Assembly: GCF_042660085.1 (NCBI RefSeq)
Contig: NZ_JBHSTI010000002.1
Span: 60,001 to 92,000, forward strand
Direction: 5' to 3'
Source of the DNA: Longivirga aurantiaca
GTDB lineage: Bacteria; Actinomycetota; Actinomycetes; S36-B12; CAIYMF01
Length of the DNA stretch: 32,000 bases
Part shown: piece after piece, positions 1 through 9,075 of the stretch
Numbering within the stretch: the first letter of the stretch is position 1
Layout of the letters: each line of letters begins with the position of its first letter
The notes under the pieces: generated by a model
Told to the model about the DNA's origin: nothing
Databases searched by the model: none
What the model saw: only the letters and a program-made list of their open reading frames with translations
Program-made: the position numbers and the translations under genes

Positions 1-521
1 GCGTCCGTGCGGCCAGCAGGCTGATACATCGCAGACACGGTGTCGGCGGGAAGAAAGGCCAAGATGGCCTTGCCGCCCGCGGTGATGTGGGCCGGGTAGT
101 TGGCGCCCCTGAGGGTGCCAACCCGGAGGGCGCGTTGGACCTCGACACTCTCCACGAATGTCAGCGTCATGCCCCGTAGCACGCCCACGGCAACCGTTTC
201 GTCGAGTTTCGCTGCCAAGGCCGCTAGATGCGGTCGCGCCCAGAGCCGCATATCGGAAAGATCGAGCAGGGAGACCCCGAGGTCGACCAAGGCCTCGCCA
301 GGGCCGTAGGCCTTGCTCTCGACGTTCTGCGCGACGAACTTGTGGTGCTGCAGCATGGCAAGGAGCCGGTGGGCGGTGGACGGCGCTACGTCCAAGTACT
401 TGGCGACTTGAGACACGCGCACGGTGCGCTCTGTCCGGAACATCAGCAGCAGCCGAAGCGCGTTGTCCACCGACTCGATCCGGTACTGCGGGCCCGCGTT
501 GTCGCCCCTGGGTTCCACCAC
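1..521 (-). CDS. IclR-family transcriptional regulator (partial; C-terminus lies beyond the left edge)
   Basis: Reverse-strand translation from GTG at 521 (or 518) reads VVEPRGDNAGPQYRIESVDNALRLLLMFRTERTVRVSQVAKYLDVAPSTAHRLLAMLQHHKFVAQNVESKAYGPGEALVDLG..., a typical IclR N-terminal winged HTH followed by the start of the effector domain. An in-frame TAG (plus 594-596) limits the 5' end. It is absent from the ORF track because it runs off the window. Confidence 0.8.
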   Translation of the reverse strand, partial: MVEPRGDNAGPQYRIESVDNALRLLLMFRTERTVRVSQVAKYLDVAPSTAHRLLAMLQHHKFVAQNVESKAYGPGEALVDLGVSLLDLSDMRLWARPHLAALAAKLDETVAVGVLRGMTLTFVESVEVQRALRVGTLRGANYPAHITAGGKAILAFLPADTVSAMYQPAGRTD

Positions 522-719
522 TTCTAGGCCCCCGTCCCTGTCGGCGCAGCCCCGTGGAGTGTGTCCGGGGCAGCACCGCGCCTTTTCTGCACGCTAGAAC
601 AATAGGGCACCTCGACGGGTCGAATGAGGAGCGCTGGGTTCGGAAGCGGAGTGCTGCCCGGATGGCGGCGATCCATCCGAGGGCCCGCCGCCAACATCGT
701 TATGCGTCCGTTAACTAAT

Positions 720-727
720 ATGTTACC
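720..727 (+). promoter_or_regulatory. ATGTTACC box in the iclR/SBP divergent intergenic region, embedded in GTTAAC-TAATAT-GTTACC
   Basis: Exact ATGTTACC at 720-727. TAATAT (TANNNT) at 716-721 on plus and TAACAT on minus (725->720). It is an AT-rich element in otherwise GC-rich DNA. The same 8-mer recurs in other intergenic regions (see findings). Confidence 0.35.
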
Positions 728-884
728 GATCACATCTACATTGCACCCAGAGCCGTCCGCGGCAGAGGTTCTGGTCCCACATGGAGGCCCCGGCGACCGA
801 TCGGCCGGAGCCTGTTCGAGCAGTGATCCACGTGGCGTGCGGTCTCCACCGCGCTCCTTACCCCTCTCAAGGAGTACTAGCAGG

Positions 885-2168
885 ATGCGAAACCCAGTTG
901 GAAAGGCCCTGGCGGCGTGGGTCGTCGTTGCCAGCGTTCTGACGCTGTCTGCATGCGGTAGCAACGCTGCCAACAACTCGTCGTCCAGCAGCGCTGCGCC
1001 GAGTACGTCCGATTCGGCAACCGCCTCCGTGTCGTCTGACTGCCAGGTGGTGTTCGGGACGAACACCGAGCTGTCGGGCGACTACCAGGTCTACGGCGTG
1101 CCAGCCGCGCAAGGACTCGACGAGGCGGCCAAGGACATCAACGCCGCCGGTGGTGTCAAGGTCGGCGATCAGACCTGCGAGTTCGTCGCGGTCAACGTCG
1201 ACAACAAGTCGGATCCGGCCGAGGTCCTGACCGCGTCCCAGAAGGTCGTGGATGCCAAGGCGCTCGCTGCGCTCGGCCCGGACTTCAGCGGTGACGTGGC
1301 CTACGAGACGTGGAAGAAGGCCGGCATCATCGACTGGGTCACGAGCTCGGACATGATCGAGCGGCTGCGAACCGATCCCGAGAACAGCCCGCTCATGCTG
1401 TCGCTGCTGGCCTTCCAGGACCTGCAGCACATCGCCTACATGGCGCAGGCCAAGGCAAGTGCGCCGGACATCAAGACGGTCGCGATGCTGCTGCCCAACG
1501 GCGCGGTCACGGATGCGTGGGTCGACGACTACACCAAGGGTGCCGAGGCGAACGGCATGCAGGTGGTCAACACCACCCTCTTCCCGCCGGATACCCAGGA
1601 CTACTCGACCTTCCTGACCAAGGTGGCGGCGTCCAAGCCTGACCTGCTGATCGTCGGCACCTCCGCGGAGCAGTCGACCGGCATCATGTCGCAGGCTGTT
1701 CCGATGAACGTGGCGAAGTACTACATGAGCGAGACGGCCTCGGCGGAGTCGGTTGAAGCGCTCCCCGAGCTGGCGAGCGCCACCGTCTTCCTCCCGGCCT
1801 TCGCTCCGACGTTCTCGGCGTCAGCAACCCTGCCGACCGACGACGTGACGGCCATCTTCCCCGACGGGAAGGCACCCCTCGTGGCAGCCGCAGCCATCGT
1901 GCTCTACTACGCGGCCTGGCTGACCAAGCAGGCCGTTGAGACGGCCGGCAGCACGGACCCGCAGGCCGTCATGGATGCCCTCGTGGGCTCCAGCTACGAC
2001 GGGCCCTTCGGCACGTGCAGCATCACCGAGGAGAAGTACATGAGTTGCCCGACCGTGTTCACGGTGCTGAAGGGTGGCGACGTGACCGTGTTCCAGTTCG
2101 CGGGCCCGTTCGAGACGGCTCCGATGGCCGTCTTTGACTGCGCCGACGCGACCTGCAAGGAGCGGTAG
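885..2168 (+). CDS. ABC transporter substrate-binding lipoprotein, Leu/Ile/Val-binding (type I PBP) family
   Basis: ORF-track frame 624..2168. The likely true start is ATG 885, preceded by AAGGAG at 869-874. The N-terminus MRNPVGKALAAWVVVASVLTLSACGSN carries a signal peptide and lipobox (LSAC). The body resembles LivK/amide-type binding proteins (GDYQVYGVPAAQGLDEAAKDINAAGGV...). Confidence 0.85.
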   Translation: MRNPVGKALAAWVVVASVLTLSACGSNAANNSSSSSAAPSTSDSATASVSSDCQVVFGTNTELSGDYQVYGVPAAQGLDEAAKDINAAGGVKVGDQTCEFVAVNVDNKSDPAEVLTASQKVVDAKALAALGPDFSGDVAYETWKKAGIIDWVTSSDMIERLRTDPENSPLMLSLLAFQDLQHIAYMAQAKASAPDIKTVAMLLPNGAVTDAWVDDYTKGAEANGMQVVNTTLFPPDTQDYSTFLTKVAASKPDLLIVGTSAEQSTGIMSQAVPMNVAKYYMSETASAESVEALPELASATVFLPAFAPTFSASATLPTDDVTAIFPDGKAPLVAAAAIVLYYAAWLTKQAVETAGSTDPQAVMDALVGSSYDGPFGTCSITEEKYMSCPTVFTVLKGGDVTVFQFAGPFETAPMAVFDCADATCKER

Positions 2169-2182
2169 CACACGAGACAGAA

Positions 2183-2225
2183 GCCGTGGTGGGCGGGCCC
2201 TTGGGGTCCGCCCACCACGGCTTTC
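2183..2225. terminator. Rho-independent-type terminator hairpin between convergent genes
   Basis: GCCGTGGTGGGCGG (2183-2196) pairs perfectly with CCGCCCACCACGGC (2208-2221) around an 11-nt loop and is followed by TTTCC. It lies 15 nt after the SBP stop and between convergent genes. Confidence 0.55.
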
Positions 2226-2403
2226 CGGGTGCGCGTCCTCGAGTCGTGCGCCAGGGCGCCGCGGGTTCTGACGCGGGGCGTCACCCTCCATCGGACCGGG
2301 GCGCTTCATCCAACTGCACGACCGCGAAGCCGGTCGCGACGGCCTTGAGCCGCAACGCGCCGTGGGACCTTGCCGTGGTCTCTCTCCCGGCTGGGAGGAA
2401 CGG

Positions 2404-3570
2404 TCAGGAGTGTGCGCGCGCCGCCGCGAGTGCACGGCGGGCCTTCTGGAAGCGGTTGACCGAGTTCGAGGCCAGGACGCCTACCACTCGATCGTCGACT
2501 CGGGACTCGATGACGAACGCGCCGGTCGCCATCGACCCCTCGACGACCTCGTCCGTGTCGCCGCGAACGCCCGCGCATTGAAGGTGCATCGTGAACTGAT
2601 CGGACCAGAAGTAGGGGATCGATCGAAACGGGCCCTCTTGGACCCCCAGCAGCGAGCGAGCGGCGTACTCCGACTGCTCAACCGCGTTGGTCCAGTGCTC
2701 GATGCGCATGGCTCGCCCGTACGCCGGATTCTGCCAGCGTGCCACATCCCCCGCGGCCACGACCCCGTCCGCACCGATGGCGCGGCACTCTTCGTCGCAG
2801 AGCACACCGTCGGAGATGTCCAGGCCTGATCCGGAGAGCCAACCCACCGCCGGCCTGACGCCGATCCCGACGACGACGAGATCAGCTGCGATGGTGTCGC
2901 CCCCGGACAGGGTCACTCCCGTCACGTCCGAGTCGCCCTCGATCGATGTCACGCTGGCGCCGAAGCGCGTGGCGACCCCGCGATCGCGGTGCTGCTGGAA
3001 GATGTACGAGGCGACCAGTCTCCCGACCTGCGGCTCCAAGGGCAGCGGACTGGAATCGATCAGCGTGACCTCCAGCCCCCGCTCCCGGCATACGGAGGCA
3101 ATCTCCGAACCGATGAATCCGGCACCGATGACTGCGACCCGCGGCCGCCGCGAGATCCTCGCTAGCAGGAGGGATGCATCGTCCGCGCTCCGCAGGTAGC
3201 GCACGCCGGGAAGATCCGCCCCGGGGCACCGCAGCCGGATCACCTCTGTGCCTGTGGCGATCATGAGCCCATCGAAGGGAACCGACGTCCCTCCCTGCAC
3301 GCGAACGCACCGGGCGGCAAGGTCCAGATCGGTCGCAGCTACGCCGAGATGTATCGCGGCATCCAAGTCCTCGAAGACGGGAAGGCGAGCCTGCTCGAGG
3401 GTCCATGTGGATGCGAGCACGGCCTTGGACAGCGGAGGCCGGTCGAACGGTGGGAACTGGGCTTCTGCCCCGATGAGGGTCATCCGTCCTTCAAACCCTT
3501 GGCGGCGGATCTCCTCCGCTCCCCGGAGGCCCGCCAATGACGCTCCGACGATGCAGATGCTCCTCATCAT
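2404..3570 (-). CDS. FAD/NAD(P)-dependent ferredoxin reductase (glutathione-reductase-type oxygenase reductase component)
   Basis: 388 aa. N-terminal dinucleotide fold ICIVGASLAGLRGAEEIRRQG, second fold VAVIGAGFIGSEIAS, and AAGDVARW; this is the typical layout of ferredoxin-NAD+ reductases of Rieske/P450 systems. Confidence 0.85.
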   Translation of the reverse strand: MMRSICIVGASLAGLRGAEEIRRQGFEGRMTLIGAEAQFPPFDRPPLSKAVLASTWTLEQARLPVFEDLDAAIHLGVAATDLDLAARCVRVQGGTSVPFDGLMIATGTEVIRLRCPGADLPGVRYLRSADDASLLLARISRRPRVAVIGAGFIGSEIASVCRERGLEVTLIDSSPLPLEPQVGRLVASYIFQQHRDRGVATRFGASVTSIEGDSDVTGVTLSGGDTIAADLVVVGIGVRPAVGWLSGSGLDISDGVLCDEECRAIGADGVVAAGDVARWQNPAYGRAMRIEHWTNAVEQSEYAARSLLGVQEGPFRSIPYFWSDQFTMHLQCAGVRGDTDEVVEGSMATGAFVIESRVDDRVVGVLASNSVNRFQKARRALAAARAHS

Positions 3571-3581
3571 GAGCCAAGTGT

Positions 3582-3589
3582 ATGTTACA
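3582..3589 (+). promoter_or_regulatory. ATGTTACA box; on the minus strand it gives TAACAT 11 nt upstream of the reductase ATG
   Basis: Minus strand reads AGCATGTAACATACACTTGGCTC-ATG(3570). It has no Shine-Dalgarno and a TANNNT-like hexamer close to the start. The sequence resembles the left arm of the 9044-9075 palindrome (AGCATGGTGACATAC). Confidence 0.35.
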
Positions 3590-3660
3590 TGCTAATGATC
3601 GCAACCCCTCGACTCCGGCTTCCACACCGGAAGTTGTCGGCGGGTGATTGATGTCTAGTC

Positions 3661-3668
3661 GGTAACAT
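3661..3668 (-). promoter_or_regulatory. ATGTTACC box (minus orientation); plus-strand TAACAT is a candidate -10 for the hydrolase-permease operon
   Basis: GGTAACAT at 3661-3668 with TTGATG 16-17 nt upstream (3647-3652). It lies about 55 nt upstream of the hydrolase start, which has its own GGAG. Confidence 0.35.
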
Positions 3669-3720
3669 GTAAGACTCCCGTCCGTCGGGGACCGAGCACC
3701 GCCCTGAAAGGAACTCGGAG

Positions 3721-4575
3721 TTGATGGCAACCATCCATGGGGCGTCGACGCGAGCCGTCGAGACGTCGGAAGCGATGGTCTCCTATCGGGATGTCGGCTC
3801 GGGACCCGTTCTTCTGCTTCTGCACGGAGGCGCGCCGGCGGCGACCGGCTGGGGGAACTTCGGCCGCAACGTCGCCGACTTGGCAGCTGACTTCCGTGTG
3901 ATCACCCCAGACCAGCCGGGCTTCGGTGGATCGCGGTTGAACAGCGACAGCGGCCTCCCGTACCCGGTGGTCTCCGCACAGGCCATGATCGAGCTCCTCG
4001 ACGTGCTCGGGATCGACAGAGCTCACGTCGTGGGTAATTCGAAAGGGGCGGCGGTCGCGTTGCAGATGGCCCTGCTCAAGCCCGACCTTGTGGATCGCCT
4101 CGTGCTCGTAACTCCTGCACTGGAGGGCTTCGCACCCCATGTGCTGGCCCCTGAAGCCGAGGGCGAGCGCCTGCTGCGCGACTACTATCCGGATCCGACC
4201 CTTGAACGGGCTCGCCACCTGGTCCGCTCTTTCGTGTTCGACCCTGATGAGATCCCCAACCTCGAGCAGGTGGTGGAGGCGCGCTACAACGCGACCCTGG
4301 ACCAGCAGAGCGAAGCGGGCTATCTGCGGATGATGACCTCGACGGTTGCCGACAGCGACTCGCGCTCGGCGGTCGAGAAGGTTCGCAGCATCGAGAATCC
4401 GACGCTGCTCATGTGGGGGCGCGACGACAAGTTCTGCAACGTGGAGGACGCCTTTGCTTACCTGTCGGCCCTCCGCAACTCCGAACTCGTTGTCTTTCGC
4501 AGCACGGGGCACTGGCTCATGTTCGAGCGGTGCACCGAGTTCGCTGCCCACACCAAAGCGTTCCTCAGCCGATGA
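3721..4575 (+). CDS. alpha/beta-fold meta-cleavage-product (MCP) hydrolase, paralogue 1 (BphD/HsaD-like)
   Basis: HGGAPAATGWGNF (oxyanion region), nucleophile elbow GNSKG, GRDDKF (Asp) and TGHW (His). About three-quarters identical by eye to the 10672..11523 product. Start is TTG 3721 or ATG 3724 after GGAG. Confidence 0.85.
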   Translation: MMATIHGASTRAVETSEAMVSYRDVGSGPVLLLLHGGAPAATGWGNFGRNVADLAADFRVITPDQPGFGGSRLNSDSGLPYPVVSAQAMIELLDVLGIDRAHVVGNSKGAAVALQMALLKPDLVDRLVLVTPALEGFAPHVLAPEAEGERLLRDYYPDPTLERARHLVRSFVFDPDEIPNLEQVVEARYNATLDQQSEAGYLRMMTSTVADSDSRSAVEKVRSIENPTLLMWGRDDKFCNVEDAFAYLSALRNSELVVFRSTGHWLMFERCTEFAAHTKAFLSR

Positions 4576-4644
4576 ACGGTGCCGCGCGCGTACTCGTGGG
4601 GCCGCGTTCTTGCTCACGTTCGCAGACCCGACGGGAGCAGTGAG

Positions 4645-5535
4645 TTGAACGAGTTTCTCCAGTTCACTTTCAACGGGCTCGTGACCGGTGCCGTATACGT
4701 ACTCGTTGGCGTTGGCTTGACGGTGGGTATCGGTGTCGCACGGTTCTTCAACTTCGCTCAAGGACAGCTGGTGGCCCTAGCGGCAATCATGGGGGCGGTA
4801 CTCACTGCAGCAGGGATGCCCTACATCGTCATGGTCCCCTGCGTCCTCCTGACCGTCGCTCTGGTGGGGATGGGGATCCGCGAGAGCATCGTGCGGTTCG
4901 CTGGGACCGACAGCTTGGTCGTGTTCCTTGGCACGCTGGGCTTCGGCATCGTCCTGCAGTCCGCGATCGTCCTGCTCTGGGGCCCCGAGCAGCGACAGAT
5001 CGCGAGCCCCTTCTCGGGCGTCGTCTACATCGGCGAACTGGTGCTTCCGGTCTCCAAGCTCATGCTGTTCGCCGTCACCATTCCTGCCGTCGCGGTCCTC
5101 TACTACGTACTGGCGAGGACGAAGGCAGGGCTTCGCCTGCGATCCTGCGCGGAGAACCCTGACGTCTCCTCCCTCTTGGGCGTCAATGTGGGTCGAACGA
5201 TGCGCTCGGCTGTCGCCCTGGGCGCAGTGCTCGCAGCTCTTGCGGGGATTCTCATCGCGACCCTGTTCCCGTTCAGTCCGTTCAGCGGGGGGTCCTACCT
5301 CATCAAGGGCATCGCCGTTGCTCTGGCCGGCGGGCTGGGAAGCATCTCGGGTGCGGTGATCAGCGGTCTCGCCCTGGGACTCATCGAGACATATGCGACC
5401 GCGTACGGCGTCCCCCTCGGCTTCTACACATTCGGACCCGAGTGGCAGGACGGCTATGCCTTCGTCCTCATCATCGCTGTCCTGGCGCTTCGCCCACGTG
5501 GTCTCTTCAGGGGAACAGGCGATGTCGATGTCTAG
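4645..5535 (+). CDS. branched-chain-amino-acid-type ABC transporter permease (LivH-like)
   Basis: Multi-pass hydrophobic protein beginning LNEFLQFTFNGLVTGAVYVLVGVGLTV, typical of LivH. The likely start is TTG 4645 after GGGAG (4633-4637); the track start at 4579 adds an atypical basic extension. Confidence 0.8.
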   Translation: MNEFLQFTFNGLVTGAVYVLVGVGLTVGIGVARFFNFAQGQLVALAAIMGAVLTAAGMPYIVMVPCVLLTVALVGMGIRESIVRFAGTDSLVVFLGTLGFGIVLQSAIVLLWGPEQRQIASPFSGVVYIGELVLPVSKLMLFAVTIPAVAVLYYVLARTKAGLRLRSCAENPDVSSLLGVNVGRTMRSAVALGAVLAALAGILIATLFPFSPFSGGSYLIKGIAVALAGGLGSISGAVISGLALGLIETYATAYGVPLGFYTFGPEWQDGYAFVLIIAVLALRPRGLFRGTGDVDV

Positions 5536-7426
5536 CCGGGAGAGGGTCCTTCAGGCTCTGCCCCGGGTGGGTCTTGCCTTCCTGGCCATCACACCTGTCT
5601 TCGTGATTCCGCTCGGGGGTTTCTCGACTCCTTGGAACGCCACGAACACGGCGATGACAGTTGCCAGCATGGCAGCCATCTTCGGCACAGTCGCCGTGGC
5701 CACGGCGATGTTCGCCTTCCTCACGGGGCTTCCATCGATCGCACAGGCCGGTCTCTGGGGTGTGAGCGCCTACGCCGCGGGAATCTCCATGGACAGATTC
5801 GGACTCAACTTCTGGGCCAGCTTCCTTGTGGCTATTGCGGCTTCGGTCATCGTCGCGATACCGGCAGCGCTCGTGGCCCTTCGCACTCGCGGCAATGCGT
5901 TCCTCATCGTGACACTCGCCTTCAGCGAGTTCATCGTTCTGATTCTCGCCAACGCCGAGGGCCTGACCGGTGGCTTCTCGGGCTTGTCCTTCCTGGACAA
6001 CCCGCCATCGATTGGCCCGTTGGACTTCTCCTCCCCGTTGAGTCAGTACTACGTGTACCTCGCCGTACTGGCCGTCGCGATCGGCGTGTACTGGATGGTG
6101 CGTCGTTCCAGCTTCGGTCAACGAGTGCAAGCCGTTCGAGACAACGAGAACCTCGCGAGCTCGGTGTCGATAGTCACGGGCTTGCACCGAGTCACGCTCT
6201 TCCTCCTCTCGGCGGCGGTCACGGGACTGGCGGGTCCGCTGATACTCCTTCAACAGCGCGTGATCACCCCCGGACTCTTCAGCACGGACGTCTTCCTGAG
6301 CGTCTACCTCATGATCATGCTCGGCGGCATCGCGACCATCGCGGGGCCCGCTGTCGGCGCCTGGGTGGTGCAGGGGCTTCCTGAGTGGATCGGCTCTGTC
6401 GCTGGCATTGGGCCGAACGCTCAGAGGCTCTTGTACGGCCTGCTCCTGCTCTTCTTCGTGCTGGTCGCTCGCAATGGCGTCATGGGCCAGTTGAGCATCC
6501 TCTATCGGACGCGAATCCTCGGAGTCCCGGCCTTGTCTTCCATCAGGACGACGCGGGACAGGGCGCCTCGGCTCCGCGATGCGCCGGCGCTCCCTCGGGC
6601 GGATCAACCGGCAGCTCCGGTTCTTGTCGGGAAGGACCTCCCGGAGGAGATCGTTCTTGACGTACGCAACCTCAGCCATAGCTTCGGAGCCAACCTGGTG
6701 CTCGACGACCTGTCGTTCGAGTTGAGGCGTGGCGAGATCCGAGGGTTGATCGGACCGAACGGGTCGGGCAAGACGACAACGCTCAACTTGATCAGCGGTT
6801 TCATCCCGTCGAACTCGGGGCAGGTGCTCTTCCGCGGATCCTCGATTGGCGGTCGGCGCTTGGAGAAGGTGTCCGGCATGGGTCTGGTCCGAACATTTCA
6901 GCAGCCGGAAGTGTTTCGCACATTCACGGCACGCCAGACGTGCGCGATGGTGATGAACTCGTTGGGATCACTGGGCGGAGGCCGCACATTCAATCCGGAT
7001 CTTCCGGACGATCCTGAGTTCTACCTCGAGCTGTGCGCGCTCACTGAGGTTGCCGACGAGTTGCCCGGCAACCTCTCCTATGGGCACACGAGACTCCTTG
7101 GGGTTGCGGCCGCTCTTGCACGAAGGCCGCACGTTCTCCTGCTCGACGAACCCGCCGCAGGATTGAGCACCGTTGACCGCGGTCGGCTAGCCAACGCCAT
7201 CCTCGGCGCTCGTGATGGAGGCGTCTCCGTCGTGATCGTCGATCACGACATGTCATTCCTACTCCCGCTGTGCCATCGTCTGACGGTCCTGGACTACGGG
7301 AGGAAGATCGCCGAAGGGGCCCCTGACGCGGTCACCGTGAATCCTGAGGTCATCGCGGCCTACTTGGGGTCGGGCTTTGCCCAGAAGTACGCAGACGAGC
7401 GTCGCACGGAGGAAGCCAATGACTGA
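5522..7426 (+). CDS. fused LivM-like permease / LivG-like ATP-binding protein
   Basis: The N-terminal ~370 aa are hydrophobic and LivM-like. The C-terminal half has Walker A GPNGSGKTT, signature LSYGHTRLL and Walker B LLLDEPAAG. ATG 5522 overlaps the end of the LivH gene (stop at 5535); the track start at 5393 is an upstream extension. Confidence 0.8.
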   Translation: MSMSSRERVLQALPRVGLAFLAITPVFVIPLGGFSTPWNATNTAMTVASMAAIFGTVAVATAMFAFLTGLPSIAQAGLWGVSAYAAGISMDRFGLNFWASFLVAIAASVIVAIPAALVALRTRGNAFLIVTLAFSEFIVLILANAEGLTGGFSGLSFLDNPPSIGPLDFSSPLSQYYVYLAVLAVAIGVYWMVRRSSFGQRVQAVRDNENLASSVSIVTGLHRVTLFLLSAAVTGLAGPLILLQQRVITPGLFSTDVFLSVYLMIMLGGIATIAGPAVGAWVVQGLPEWIGSVAGIGPNAQRLLYGLLLLFFVLVARNGVMGQLSILYRTRILGVPALSSIRTTRDRAPRLRDAPALPRADQPAAPVLVGKDLPEEIVLDVRNLSHSFGANLVLDDLSFELRRGEIRGLIGPNGSGKTTTLNLISGFIPSNSGQVLFRGSSIGGRRLEKVSGMGLVRTFQQPEVFRTFTARQTCAMVMNSLGSLGGGRTFNPDLPDDPEFYLELCALTEVADELPGNLSYGHTRLLGVAAALARRPHVLLLDEPAAGLSTVDRGRLANAILGARDGGVSVVIVDHDMSFLLPLCHRLTVLDYGRKIAEGAPDAVTVNPEVIAAYLGSGFAQKYADERRTEEAND

Positions 7427-8141
7427 GGAGTCAGAAGCTGGGCTCGGACTCGTGGTAGAGAACCTCGTGACTGGGTACGGCTCGATCGAGGTTCTCCATG
7501 GCGTATCCATCAACGTCGAACCGGGCAGTGCCGTTGCCATCGTCGGATCTAACGGAGCCGGCAAGTCGACCCTCTTGAGAGCCGTTTCGGGGCTCCTGCC
7601 CGTCCTGGCAGGCAGCATCACGTTGGGAAGCCACGACGTGAGCAGTCTCAGCCCTCACAAGATCGCACGTGCGGGGGTGGGCCACATCCCTGAAGGTCGC
7701 CAAGTACTCCAGAGGCTCACGGTCAGAGAGAATCTGATCCTCGGCGCGCAGGGCAGCGCCGACGCTCCCGAACGACTGGACGCGCTTCTCGAGACGTTTC
7801 CCGCCTTGCGGGACAAGCTCGGTCAGGTGGGTGGGCAGCTCTCGGGCGGACAGCAGCAGATGCTGGCTATAGCCCGGGCTCTCATGGCCAATCCTCGGCT
7901 GATCCTGCTCGATGAGCCAACGGTCGGACTGTCCCCGAAGCTCACCGATGAGCTCTACTACCTGCTCGCCCGCATCCGGCATGAGTGGAAGGCGACATTC
8001 GTTCTCGTCGAGCAGAACATCGCGCTGGCGGCTGACCTGACCGATCAGGCGATCCTTCTCCAGAGGGGCCGCGTGATCCGCACGGAGCCGTCGAAGAGCC
8101 TGATGCACGACGAGGACCTGCTGAAGGCCTACCTGACCTAG
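7419..8141 (+). CDS. ABC transporter ATP-binding protein (LivF-like)
   Basis: Walker A GSNGAGKST, signature LSGGQQQMLAIARAL, Walker B LILLDEPTVGLSP. ATG 7419 overlaps the preceding stop (7424-7426). Confidence 0.85.
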   Translation: MTEESEAGLGLVVENLVTGYGSIEVLHGVSINVEPGSAVAIVGSNGAGKSTLLRAVSGLLPVLAGSITLGSHDVSSLSPHKIARAGVGHIPEGRQVLQRLTVRENLILGAQGSADAPERLDALLETFPALRDKLGQVGGQLSGGQQQMLAIARALMANPRLILLDEPTVGLSPKLTDELYYLLARIRHEWKATFVLVEQNIALAADLTDQAILLQRGRVIRTEPSKSLMHDEDLLKAYLT

Positions 8142-8344
8142 ACGTCTCGGCAGGTCGCGTGGGTTGAAGGCGTGCCACGAGATCGTCCGGTCTTGGGAAG
8201 GGCCGAGCCCACGCCCGGGTGTACGACTGTCGCAGGGGCAGCTTCGTCACCGGGGTCTTCCGGTCTCGGCTCACGTTGCGCTGGCCCTTCCGGCAGTGCC
8301 GTCCAGTCTCGCCTCCCCCCCAGCCTGTCGTTAGTCTGTCTGGC

Positions 8345-9016
8345 ATGGTTAGGCAGACGTCATCCTTGTCGCGCAACGTGGCACCTGCGCAACGTCTCGG
8401 GGCGCGGGTCTATGAGCAGGTGAAGTCGCAGATCCTCTCCGGCTACTACGCCCCCGGCGAGTGGCTCCCCGTCGACGATCTATGCCGCACGTTCGGAGTC
8501 AGCCGGCAGCCCGTGATGGAGTCCATGCGACGGCTCTCCGGCGACTGGCTCGTGCAGATCGTTCCCCAGGTCGGCTGCCGAGTGGCTCAGTACGACCAGC
8601 AAGCGTTGGTCGACTACATCAGGACCGTTGGCGACCTGGAGGGCGAGGTGGCTGCGTTGGCAGCGACGCGCCGCACCAGCGAGCAACTGGAAGACCTCGC
8701 GGCGATCACTCGCGAACTTCAAGAGGTCACCTCGTTCGGTGACGAGACGCGCCAGCTCACCCGCGACTACCACGGCCTGGTCCTGGAGATGGCTCATTCC
8801 GAAGTTCTGCAGCAGGTGTGCGAACAGCTCTGGGATCTCGGCGATTTCGCCTGGGGGATCATCCTCGCTAGTGGGACTCCGGCGCCGCACGCTGACGGTG
8901 AGGAACGGGACCACATCACCCGGCTGTCGGCGGCGATCGAGGCGCAGGACCCGGAGCTGGCCCGATCGGCGGCAAAGGAGTGGCTGATCGCCGACCTGGC
9001 GCCGTCGCCTCGGTAG
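8345..9016 (+). CDS. GntR-family transcriptional regulator with FadR-like (FCD) C-terminal domain
   Basis: N-terminal wHTH RVYEQVKSQILSGYYAPGEWLPVDDLCRTFGVSRQPVMESMRRLSGDWLVQIVPQVGCRV, followed by a helical C-terminal domain. The likely start is ATG 8345 (MVRQTSS...). Confidence 0.8.
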   Translation: MVRQTSSLSRNVAPAQRLGARVYEQVKSQILSGYYAPGEWLPVDDLCRTFGVSRQPVMESMRRLSGDWLVQIVPQVGCRVAQYDQQALVDYIRTVGDLEGEVAALAATRRTSEQLEDLAAITRELQEVTSFGDETRQLTRDYHGLVLEMAHSEVLQQVCEQLWDLGDFAWGIILASGTPAPHADGEERDHITRLSAAIEAQDPELARSAAKEWLIADLAPSPR

Positions 9017-9043
9017 CGCCCAGGGGTCCGCTCGACCACCGCG

Positions 9044-9075
9044 AGCATGGTGACATACTAGTATGTCACCATGCT
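9044..9075. promoter_or_regulatory. 32-bp perfect palindrome: candidate operator plus leaderless promoter core
   Basis: AGCATGGTGACATACTAGTATGTCACCATGCT reads identically on both strands. Each arm has GT-N-AC (GGTGACA / TGTCACC). The central TAGTAT (9059-9064) lies 6 nt before ATG 9071. Confidence 0.6.

Noticed and set aside
3655-4761. 368-aa and 334-aa (10879..11883) minus-strand ORFs opposite the two hydrolase paralogues
   Set aside because: They mirror each other only because the sense genes are paralogous. The sense strands carry complete catalytic-triad motifs.
8300-8344. Weak inverted repeat GTCTGTCTGG...TTAGGCAGAC around the GntR start
   Set aside because: Only 7 of 10 positions pair. 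It is too weak to call an autoregulatory operator without further evidence.
8794-9048. 84-aa minus-strand ORF whose ATG is the mirror-image ATG of the 32-bp palindrome
   Set aside because: It is antisense to the 3' end of the GntR gene, with an unremarkable Ser/Ala/Arg-rich product. Its start is most likely a by-product of palindrome symmetry. An antisense transcript remains possible but is not supported as a CDS.
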